Below, in pieces: positions 27,701 through 34,136 of a stretch of DNA of 34,786 nucleotides; positions within the stretch are counted from its first letter, which is position 1; every line of letters starts with the position of its first letter. The position numbers were made by a program, and so were the translations under genes. The notes under the pieces are model-generated. The model ran no database searches. It saw only the letters and a list, made by a program, of their open reading frames with translations, and had not been told where the DNA came from. Origin of the DNA: a bacterium. GTDB taxonomy: Bacteria > Ratteibacteria > UBA8468 > B48-G9 > JAFGKM01. The stretch spans positions 1 through 34,786 of the forward strand of contig JAOAEP010000095.1 in the NCBI GenBank assembly GCA_026416755.1, in the 5' to 3' direction.

Positions 27701-29630
27701 AAGAGGAAACAATTTATATCTTGTTTATCTTTACGACAATCCAGAAAGGAGTTCAATAAATAGAACTGTGCTTGTTTTTACATCTTATAATGGAAACCAA
27801 TGGAGTTCCCCTGTGTATATATATGATGATGGAACACTTGATTTTCATCCTGATTTAGTTGTTTTTGATAATGGAGATGCTATTTGTACATGGGAAAATA
27901 TAAAAGAAATTTTATCTGATAACTTCCCAATTCAAAATATTCCAGAAAAAATGGAAATAACTGTGGCAAGATATAATTCTTCTATAAATATGTGGGAAAG
28001 AATTCAGAATTTAACCAATGATAATTATTATGATAGAACTCCTCTTGTGAGAGGTGAATTAAACGACCTTTTCTGCATTTGGATAAAAAATAAAGGAAAT
28101 AGTTTTATTGCTTCTCAAAATTATCCAGATGAAATTTATTATTCAAAGTGGAATGGAGAAAATTGGACTTCTCCAGAGAAAATAAATGAATTTAAAATAC
28201 CGGTTTTGAAAATGGATTTTATTTATAAAAATGGATATGGTTACATTGTTTTAAATTGTGATACTGATTCTAATTTACAAACAATTGAAGATAGAGAGAT
28301 TTATTTAATTAAATATGAAAATGGTATATGGAAAGAACCCATAAAACTAACAGATGACAATGAAGTTGATGATAATCCAAAATTAGTTTTAACCCATGAC
28401 AATAAATTAAAACTTTTCTGGATAAAAAAGAATGGAATTTTTGAATGTGAAGAATTTAATGTAGAAAATAAAAGATTGATAAGAAAGGAAAATTATTCTT
28501 CCCAAATAGCTGATTTTAAAGTTACATCTTCTGAGAATGGGAAAATTGCTATTATATGGACAGAACCATCTGGTTATACATCTGATATCTATTCTATTTT
28601 ATATAACCAAGATTTTGATATTTGGAGTGAAAAGATAAATTTAACTGAAGATGAAGAGGTGGAAAAATATGTTTCACCAACATACTTTAATGAAGATTTG
28701 TCTATTATATATCTCAAACAGAGATATAAAACAAAAGAAATTCCAACGAAATCAAATATTCCTAACTTGAAATCCTTCATGATGCCTTCTCTTATAAAAA
28801 GTGAAATTTCTTTTCTACAATTTATTGAAGGAATTGACATATCAGTTGAAAATATAATAATAACTCCTGAAAATGCTTTGCCCGGAGATATTATCTTTTT
28901 AGAAACAAAAATTGTAAATAAAGGAGAAAAGCCGTTAAGTAATTTTGATATTGTTTTTTACATTAATGATAATGAAGTATTAAGAACAAAATTTGAAGAT
29001 ATTATAAATACTGGTGAAGAAAAAATACTATTAAATGAGTTTATAATTCCTACTATAGGTTTTCCATTCTCATTGAAAGTTGTGGTTGATCCTGAAAATA
29101 AATTGGGTGATAGAGATATTTCAAACAATATAAAATTAGTAAAATATGGTCTTCCCGACTTAAAAATAGAAAATTTATCTGTTTTTGAAAAAAGAGAAAA
29201 ATTACAGATAATTATAAGAATTAGCAATAAAGGGACTTCAGATAGTGGGCAATTTACTTTGAAAATAAAAAATGAATTAGGATTAATTACTCAAAAAGAC
29301 ATTGAAAATTTAAAGAAAGAAGAAAGTCAAGATATTGTTTTGGAAATAGAAAAAGGATATAAAGAGTTTTTTGTTGTTCTTGATGAAGAAGATTATGTGG
29401 AAGAAAAAAATGAAGAAAATAATTCATTGTATTTCTTTTATGAAATTTTTGAAAAATCGGGTGATTTAAATGGTGATAATGAAATAGATATAATTGATGT
29501 AATTTTATGTTTAAGGCAGGCAATTGGACTTGATGAAACAAACTTTATTTTTGCTGATATAAATAAAGATGGAGAAATAGATATTTCTGATGTTATTCTT
29601 ATTTTAAGGAAAGCGATAGGGCTTATATAA
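24744..29630 (+). CDS. Giant secreted multidomain protein (1628 aa): RCC1 beta-propeller, ASH/HYDIN-like Ig domain, carboxypeptidase-regulatory-like domain, ~400-aa unassigned core, BNR/sialidase-like repeat region, 2x CARDB, C-terminal dockerin
   Basis: N-terminal hydrophobic signal. About 6 RCC1 blades (GGNFTVAVSEDGYVYAWGNNDYGQLGDG; AGYTHVIALKEDGTVYVWG; FHSVALKEDGTVLCWG; ...GSIWGFGENGCGQLGNG) at nt 24816-25868. Ig-like domain at 25905-26204. VIKGTVYDKKTGNPIENANI...NGFYMI at 26223-26453. Repeated NGxxWSSP/WTSP/WKEP motifs at 27678-28730. CARDB x2 at 28836-29423 (LPGDIIFLETKIVNKGEKP..; ISNKGTSDSG..). Dockerin at 29457-29627. Confidence 0.85.
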   Translation: MNGIIISFFLFYIYSFIFAEPMISAGGNFTVAVSEDGYVYAWGNNDYGQLGDGTFITSYVTVKVKGVAGIGYLSGIKMVSAGYTHVIALKEDGTVYVWGTLQYTHPHEGWTSGLLGGIPEGAPLISYERYNVGQSSYPIQVMTEELHIDPERGPYFEYKPLKNVKLIACSFFHSVALKEDGTVLCWGVDVGDQCGLGNTSALVYPYPHELVNTYIYNPYTRRNEILTDVRYISAGDCFTVAIKNDDFLWFWGENSFRVYSDYADGYARPSNVGNILTVDSGPTYFILLSKDQTVKFWGNANYNIGIPYFGKTPIQIPNLSGIISVSAGGGLGVSPMGHVVCLKADGSIWGFGENGCGQLGNGKTNWYELEPQKVLGLNGTGYLNLFNICVIPNPFNFPTTPIGCKNLMTFFVKNISERPITIGKIFIEGEYKNEFSIERDFVSFATLKPKEAKSFKIIFHPIKIGSKTIRVIIPYGNKKRELYINGVCGTVENKVVIKGTVYDKKTGNPIENANILIGYYSTITNENGFYMIDWASPGIYNYAVSKEGYVSSYGTIELTSASVINKNFYLIPSTTGEKIEITEINTKYNLPLYFLGKVSFPVEFSVSVDWKNYTPYKAIFKTTKSNKIYEWEASQSNPYLPKITIDIGELEPGDILRVKAISGEGSASEEKEFIFVIMKPLIGDFKVIDIGSYFYYQVPYFLEGFSFINEGIESDLIPTEIPFFGGSSINLLFTPVLKAEVINNTAEYSLLYKDLIKGGNIGPVEINFSPHFGLSGVYSSYLMKWQWNGFIGLLTDMKSETPPFYLPIPIPIPIYVKGAFLLSLDTRLNILNIKPVELSGNFVVEPAVRGIFGVGISDVLSAEGWVQAGAEISMQYPHQPNLQQILIVVKCGYTVYFIIGEYEAGLCEWQWKLYGDKRNPEYKKIISDEKWKLIPRDYLINENYGIFNSGKKKEISKKTIEDKNYTFLKAILQENVFPLPQPKLISRGNNLYLVYLYDNPERSSINRTVLVFTSYNGNQWSSPVYIYDDGTLDFHPDLVVFDNGDAICTWENIKEILSDNFPIQNIPEKMEITVARYNSSINMWERIQNLTNDNYYDRTPLVRGELNDLFCIWIKNKGNSFIASQNYPDEIYYSKWNGENWTSPEKINEFKIPVLKMDFIYKNGYGYIVLNCDTDSNLQTIEDREIYLIKYENGIWKEPIKLTDDNEVDDNPKLVLTHDNKLKLFWIKKNGIFECEEFNVENKRLIRKENYSSQIADFKVTSSENGKIAIIWTEPSGYTSDIYSILYNQDFDIWSEKINLTEDEEVEKYVSPTYFNEDLSIIYLKQRYKTKEIPTKSNIPNLKSFMMPSLIKSEISFLQFIEGIDISVENIIITPENALPGDIIFLETKIVNKGEKPLSNFDIVFYINDNEVLRTKFEDIINTGEEKILLNEFIIPTIGFPFSLKVVVDPENKLGDRDISNNIKLVKYGLPDLKIENLSVFEKREKLQIIIRISNKGTSDSGQFTLKIKNELGLITQKDIENLKKEESQDIVLEIEKGYKEFFVVLDEEDYVEEKNEENNSLYFFYEIFEKSGDLNGDNEIDIIDVILCLRQAIGLDETNFIFADINKDGEIDISDVILILRKAIGLI
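29460..29627 (+). repeat. Dockerin-coding module, right arm of the inverted repeat with 22824-22991
   Basis: GDLNGDNEIDIIDVILCLRQAIGLD...ADINKDGEIDISDVILILRKAIGL. See the left-arm entry for the hand alignment. Confidence 0.7.
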
Positions 29631-29694
29631 GATTTTTTTACCCTCCATTATATACCTTAAATAAATTTTTAATCTTTTGAGTTTAAGTTGATTC

Positions 29695-29723
29695 TTGCAA
29701 AATAAAAGTAATTCAGTTAATAT
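29695..29723 (+). promoter_or_regulatory. Predicted tRNA promoter: TTGCAA-17 nt-TAATAT
   Basis: -35 at 29695-29700 and -10 at 29718-29723. The tRNA 5' end is 11 nt after the -10. Confidence 0.45.
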
Positions 29724-29734
29724 ATTTATAAAAA

Positions 29735-29809
29735 GCCCCTGTAGCTCAGGAAGGATAGAGCAGCGGTTTCCTAAACCGCGTGTCGCCCGTTCAAGTCGGG
29801 CCAGGGGCA
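29735..29809 (+). tRNA. tRNA-Arg (anticodon CCT)
   Basis: Hand-folded 75-nt cloverleaf. Acceptor GCCCCTG/CAGGGGC, D stem GCTC/GAGC, anticodon stem GCGGT/ACCGC with loop TTCCTAA (anticodon CCT), variable GTGTC, T stem GCCCG/CGGGC with loop TTCAAGT, discriminator A. CCA is not encoded. Confidence 0.93.
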
Positions 29810-29923
29810 AAAAGGAATTTGGATTTACTTGAAAACTTGTATAGAAATAGGTTAGATTAGAAAGGGCGACACAAAGGGGTTATAGGGGAAAGGACTGTCC
29901 CTTTTATATAATTAAAAATTAAT

Positions 29924-29952
29924 TTGACAGGGAATAAAAAATATGTTTAATT
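29924..29952 (+). promoter_or_regulatory. Possible promoter of the OMP gene: TTGACA-17 nt-TTAATT
   Basis: Perfect -35 at 29924-29929 but a weak -10 at 29947-29952. AAAGGAGGTG RBS precedes ATG 29987. Confidence 0.3.
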
Positions 29953-29986
29953 ATTAAGTAATAAAAAAGAAAGGAGGTGAAAAGAG

Positions 29987-30466
29987 ATGAAGAGATTTTT
30001 GGTAATAGGTATATTAGGACTTTTCTTAGGGATTAGTTCAATTGCTTCAGCAGAAACAAGTAAAAGTGATAAAAATTTCGTAATCTCTGTTGGATATGGA
30101 TATTTCTTCAACGGTGCAGATAAATGGGATGGAACAGCAGGAATAGGTTTTGGTTTCTTTTTAGCAGATGCTATGGAATTAAATATAACAGTCAACAGTG
30201 CATGGGATTCATTTGGTGATAGTGTAAGTGTACTTTTAAAACCTAATTTCTACTTTAATACTCAGTCAAATGTAAATCCTTATATGGGAATTGCTTTAGG
30301 TGCTACTTTCAATGGAGGCACAGATTTTACTTATGGTGTACAAATAGGAGCCAAGCAATTTATAAGCGAAAATACTTTTATTCAATATGAAATAGGATAT
30401 CAGAGAATAGAGGATGTAGATTCAAATTCGGTTGTTTTCGCTTTGGGACTTGGGTTTAAGTTTTAA
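29987..30466 (+). CDS. Small outer-membrane beta-barrel protein (OmpW/OmpA-like porin-family fold)
   Basis: 159 aa. Signal peptide MKRFLVIGILGLFLGISSIASA, alternating hydrophobic beta-strand pattern, and a C-terminal ...FALGLGFKF ending in aromatic Phe as in beta-barrel OMPs. Confidence 0.75.
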   Translation: MKRFLVIGILGLFLGISSIASAETSKSDKNFVISVGYGYFFNGADKWDGTAGIGFGFFLADAMELNITVNSAWDSFGDSVSVLLKPNFYFNTQSNVNPYMGIALGATFNGGTDFTYGVQIGAKQFISENTFIQYEIGYQRIEDVDSNSVVFALGLGFKF

Positions 30467-30497
30467 TTCAAATCATTGATGTCAAAAAATTTTTTAG

Positions 30498-30530
30498 AAA
30501 AGGGGAGGTAAAACTCCCCTTTTCTTTTTT
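30498..30530 (+). terminator. Rho-independent terminator
   Basis: AAAAGGGGAG-GTAAAA-CTCCCCTTTT followed by a T-rich tail (TTTTCTTTTTT), 31 nt after the OMP stop. Confidence 0.85.
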
Positions 30531-30538
30531 ATTAAGAT

Positions 30539-30567
30539 TTGAAAATTAAGAGAATCTAAAATAATAT
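30539..30567 (+). promoter_or_regulatory. Predicted promoter of the GYD-led operon: TTGAAA-17 nt-TAATAT
   Basis: -35 at 30539-30544 and -10 at 30562-30567. AAAGGAGGTGAGG RBS precedes ATG 30605. Confidence 0.45.
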
Positions 30568-30604
30568 ATATAAAAGGTAAAAAAATAAAAAGGAGGTGAG
30601 GAAT

Positions 30605-30889
30605 ATGAAAAAATTTGTTATGTTGAGTACTTTAACAGAAAAAGGAGCAAAAACAATAAAGAAAAATCCAGATAGAATAAAAGAAGTAAATAAAGAAGTT
30701 GAAAAAATGGGTGGGAAAATTTTATCTCAGTATGCTATTTTAGGACCATTTGATTTTCTTACAATTATACAAGCAGAAAGTGAAGAAGTTATTGCTAAAA
30801 TTTCCCTTGAAATTTCTCAAAGAGGAAGTGTAAAAATAACAACCTATCCAGCAATAGATGTGGATGATTTTATAAAGACGATAAAATGA
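30605..30889 (+). CDS. GYD-domain protein (unknown function)
   Basis: MKKFVMLSTLTEKGAKTIKKNPDRIKEV...ILGPFDFLTIIQAESEE...GSVKITTYPAI fits the GYD family pattern, with GPFD in place of GxYD. I prefer ATG 30605 over the track GTG at 30596. Confidence 0.7.
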   Translation: MKKFVMLSTLTEKGAKTIKKNPDRIKEVNKEVEKMGGKILSQYAILGPFDFLTIIQAESEEVIAKISLEISQRGSVKITTYPAIDVDDFIKTIK

Positions 30890-31659
30890 GATGTAGATTA
30901 ATTATATGTGAAGATTATGACCCATTTTTTAATATGGCTTTTGATTATTATTTTTGGAAAGAGTGTGCAAGGCCAGAAAGTTTTACTGTTTTAAGATTTT
31001 ACAAATGGACTCCAAGTAGTGTTTCAATAGGTTATAATCAGATGGAAGAAAAGATAGTTAATTTAGATTTCTGTAAAAAAAGTAATATTCCGATTGTTAT
31101 GAGACCCACTGGAGGAAGTGCTATTTTTCACGATATAGAAATTACTTATTCTTTCTGTGCAGACTTAAAAACCCATTTTTATTTTTCTTCTCCATTTCTT
31201 TCTTATATAAGTGTTTGTAATGGAATAATTAAAGGAATAGAAAAAATAGGTATTAAACTTGAAATTAGAGGCATTTCAGAATGTAAAGAGCCATCTTTTA
31301 CAAATATCCCATGTTTTTCTTTATCTTCACGGCATGACATTATTTATAATGGTAGGAAAATAGTTGGGTCCGCTCAAAGGAGAAATAATTATTCCTTTTT
31401 ACAGCATGGTTCTATTTTGATTGATATAAGAGAAGATTTGTGGAAAAATATATTTTTAAAAGGAGTTGACTTTTCTAAAATTATTTGTTTAAAAAAAATA
31501 GTTGGAGATACTAAGGAAGAGGAATTGAGAGATTTCCTAAAAAAAGGATTTGAAGAAGTTTTTGAATTTGAAATTTTTGAGGATGAACTTGAAAGCAAAG
31601 AAATAAAAGAGATTGAAAAAATACAAGAAAAGTTAAAAAAGGAGGGAAAATATGAATAA
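30886..31659 (+). CDS. Lipoate-protein ligase/octanoyltransferase-family protein (BPL/LPL catalytic domain only, LplA/LipM-like)
   Basis: 257 aa. Motifs: LRFYKWTPSSVSIGYNQ, VMRPTGGSAIFHD, GRKIVGSAQRR (conserved Lys block), LQHGSILID. ATGA overlap with the GYD gene. Confidence 0.75.
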   Translation: MRCRLIICEDYDPFFNMAFDYYFWKECARPESFTVLRFYKWTPSSVSIGYNQMEEKIVNLDFCKKSNIPIVMRPTGGSAIFHDIEITYSFCADLKTHFYFSSPFLSYISVCNGIIKGIEKIGIKLEIRGISECKEPSFTNIPCFSLSSRHDIIYNGRKIVGSAQRRNNYSFLQHGSILIDIREDLWKNIFLKGVDFSKIICLKKIVGDTKEEELRDFLKKGFEEVFEFEIFEDELESKEIKEIEKIQEKLKKEGKYE

Positions 31660-32395
31660 TTTTTCAGAAAATTTAGGAGTACAGAGTTATTGTTTTAGAA
31701 ATTTTAAGGATAATAAAGTTGTTGCTAAAATGGTGAGAGAACTTGGTTTGAATAAAATTGAATTATGTGGAGTACATATTGATTTTCTTGATGAAAGTAA
31801 ATTTAAAGATGTAATTTCAATTTATAAAGATGAAGGAGTAGAAATTTATTCTATAGGTGTTCAATATTTTTCAAACAATGAAACAAATGAGAGGAAATAT
31901 TTTGAATTTGTTAAAATATGTGGAGCAAAGTATATTAGTGCTGATTTTGATATAAATAAAATCTTTGATTGTTTTAGAATTGCTGAAAAACTTGCAGATG
32001 AATATGATATAAAAATTGCTATTCATAATCATGGCGGATGGCACTGGCTTGGAAATATTCAAACCCTTGAGTATGTTTTTAAAAACACTTCAGAAAGAAT
32101 TGGCCTTTGTCTTGATACTGCATGGGCACTTGATTCAAGAATAGACCCATTAAAAATGATAGATACATTTAGTAAAAGATTATATTCACTTCATTTAAAA
32201 GATTTTGTTTTTGAAAGAGATAGAAGACCAATTGATGTTGTTCTTGGAGAAGGGAATATTGATATAGGAAAACTTGTAAATAAACTCAAAGAAGTAAACT
32301 TTAAAGGCCCACTTATAATTGAATATGAAGGAGAGCCTGAAAATCCGGTGCCATCTATAAAAAAAGGAATCTATAATTTTAAAAATGCTCTTTAA
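31652..32395 (+). CDS. Sugar phosphate isomerase/epimerase (xylose-isomerase-like TIM barrel)
   Basis: 247 aa. Motifs: IELCGVH, IAIHNHGGWHWLGN, LCLDTAWA, LHLKDF, PLIIEYEGE. 8-nt overlap (ATGAATAA) with the upstream gene. Confidence 0.75.
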   Translation: MNNFSENLGVQSYCFRNFKDNKVVAKMVRELGLNKIELCGVHIDFLDESKFKDVISIYKDEGVEIYSIGVQYFSNNETNERKYFEFVKICGAKYISADFDINKIFDCFRIAEKLADEYDIKIAIHNHGGWHWLGNIQTLEYVFKNTSERIGLCLDTAWALDSRIDPLKMIDTFSKRLYSLHLKDFVFERDRRPIDVVLGEGNIDIGKLVNKLKEVNFKGPLIIEYEGEPENPVPSIKKGIYNFKNAL

Positions 32396-32415
32396 AACTA
32401 TCTGGAGGTAATTTT

Positions 32416-34044
32416 TTGAAGGTAAAAGGAGTAATTTTTGATTTCGATGGAACTCTTGTAATCCTTTCAATTGACTTTAAAAAAATAAAGGAGAAAATAT
32501 TAAATGAAGCAAAAAATTTAAATCTAAAAGTTCCTTCAGAAGAATTACCAATCCTTGAATTACTTGAAGAAATTAGAAAATTAAATGGTAAAAAAGGGGG
32601 AAATTTTTATACTATTGGACATAATATTTTAAAAGAAGAAGAAATTAAAGCATCTCAAAAAACATATCCCAGAAAAGGGACCTTAGAGTTACTTAAAAAA
32701 TTGAGAGAAAATGAGATAAAAATAGGAATAATTACAAGAAACTGTAGACAAGTGGTTGAAAAAGTTATTGAAAAATTTGGAATACCTTATGATGTACTTT
32801 TAACACGCGATGATGTTGAGAGATTTAAACCAGACCCATTACATATAAAAGAGTGTTTGAAAAAATTAGGATTGAAAAAAGATGAAGTTATTCTTGTTGG
32901 AGACCATTTCTTAGATGTTAGATGTGGTAAAAAATTGAACATATTAAGCATTGGGCTTTTAAGTGAAAATGTAAAAGAAGAAGATTTTCTGAAAGAAGGT
33001 GCTGATTTTGTTTTGGATGATATAAAAGATATTGAGTATATTCTGGATCTAAAAGGTTTTCCAACTGGTAAACTTCAAAATAGATTTTTAAAGTATCTCA
33101 TTGAAAAATATACAACAAAAGATAAAGAGGTATTGATTGGTTCTGGTATTGGAATTGACTGTGCAATTTTTAAAGTAAAAGATAGATATATTTATGCAAA
33201 GACAGATCCAATAACCTTGACATCAAAAGATATTGGTTTTTATCTTGTAAATATAAATGTTAATGATATTTCTGTTATGGGTGGGATTCCTATATATTTT
33301 TTATGTATCCTGCTTTTTCCTGAAAATATAACTTTTTCTGAAATTGAATATGTTTTTTCTCAAATAAATAATGAGTGTAAAAAATTTAATATAAAATGGA
33401 TAGGAGGGCATACCGAAATAATAAGTGGAATTAAAAATCCAATTGCAGTTGGTTTTTTAATTGGGAAAAAAATTAAAAAAATTTATTTCCCAGAAGTTAA
33501 AATAGGAGACAAGGTTTTTTTAATAAAAGAAATAGGAATTGAAGGTGCTTCGTTAATAGTAAGAGAAAAATTTAATGAATTGAAAAAATATTTTTCAGAA
33601 AAATATCTTAAAAAGGTTCAAAATTCAATTAAAAATCCAGGAATAAATGTATTTAAAGAAGCAAAAATTTTGTGGGAAAATTTTAAAATAAAATGGATGC
33701 ATGACCCAACAGAAGGAGGGATATCTACTGCATTATATGAAATTTCAGAAAGTAAAAGAGTAGGGATTTTAATTGATTTAAAGAAATTAAATTTTTATCC
33801 ACCAGTTGTTAAATTTTGTAAAATTTTTGGGCTTAATCCATATGGTATAATTTCATCTGGTTGTCTTTTAGGGATAATAGATAAGAAAAACGAAAAAAAA
33901 CTTATAGAATTTTGTAGAAAAAATAAAATTAAAATCAGAATTATAGGAGAAATTATAAAAGAAAAAGGTGTTTTTTATATAGAGAAGAATAAAAAATACA
34001 ATTTCCCCAAATTTGAGAGAGATGAGATAAATAGATTAGTTTGA
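32416..34044 (+). CDS. Fusion protein: N-terminal HAD-superfamily phosphatase plus C-terminal PurM-like (AIR synthase-related/HypE-ThiL-SelD-type) ATP-binding domain
   Basis: 542 aa with a TTG start and GGAGGT 6 nt upstream. HAD motifs: VIFDFDGTLV (I), IITRN (II), RFKPDP (Lys), LVGDHFLDVRCG (IV). PurM-like: GKLQNRFL, GIDCAIFKV, KTDPITL, NVNDISVMGGIP, WIGGHTEI, MHDPTEGG. Confidence 0.7.
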   Translation: MKVKGVIFDFDGTLVILSIDFKKIKEKILNEAKNLNLKVPSEELPILELLEEIRKLNGKKGGNFYTIGHNILKEEEIKASQKTYPRKGTLELLKKLRENEIKIGIITRNCRQVVEKVIEKFGIPYDVLLTRDDVERFKPDPLHIKECLKKLGLKKDEVILVGDHFLDVRCGKKLNILSIGLLSENVKEEDFLKEGADFVLDDIKDIEYILDLKGFPTGKLQNRFLKYLIEKYTTKDKEVLIGSGIGIDCAIFKVKDRYIYAKTDPITLTSKDIGFYLVNINVNDISVMGGIPIYFLCILLFPENITFSEIEYVFSQINNECKKFNIKWIGGHTEIISGIKNPIAVGFLIGKKIKKIYFPEVKIGDKVFLIKEIGIEGASLIVREKFNELKKYFSEKYLKKVQNSIKNPGINVFKEAKILWENFKIKWMHDPTEGGISTALYEISESKRVGILIDLKKLNFYPPVVKFCKIFGLNPYGIISSGCLLGIIDKKNEKKLIEFCRKNKIKIRIIGEIIKEKGVFYIEKNKKYNFPKFERDEINRLV

Positions 34045-34101
34045 GATTCCAAGATTAAATCTTTTCAAATATAATTCTATGGTTTTACCTAATAAAAATA
34101 A

Positions 34102-34130
34102 TAGACATCCAAATCAAAAAGTGGTAAAAT
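34102..34130 (+). promoter_or_regulatory. Predicted promoter TAGACA-17 nt-(TGg)TAAAAT positioned for a leaderless or near-leaderless transcript of the receiver gene
   Basis: -35 at 34102-34107. -10 at 34125-34130, preceded by GTGG (extended -10-like). Only 6 nt (AATAAT) separate the -10 from ATG 34137, and there is no SD. Confidence 0.45.
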
Positions 34131-34136
34131 AATAAT

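Noticed and set aside
29604-29810. 68-aa minus-strand ORF
   Set aside because: It starts inside the tRNA-Arg gene on the opposite strand and runs into the end of the giant gene. It is an artefact of the GC-rich tRNA sequence.
29810-29986. Genomic island or prophage integration at the tRNA-Arg gene
   Set aside because: No integrase is present, there is no direct repeat of the tRNA 3' end, and the downstream genes are ordinary (OMP, GYD operon). Only the 9-nt inverted match was kept, as a low-interest finding.
29947-30195. 82-aa minus-strand ORF
   Set aside because: It is antisense to the OMP gene, which has a strong RBS, a signal peptide and a C-terminal Phe signature.
34045-34100. AAGATTAAATCTT palindrome after the HAD::PurM-like gene as a terminator
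   Set aside because: The stem is effectively only 4-5 AT-rich bp with a tiny loop and no proper T-tail, which is too weak to call.
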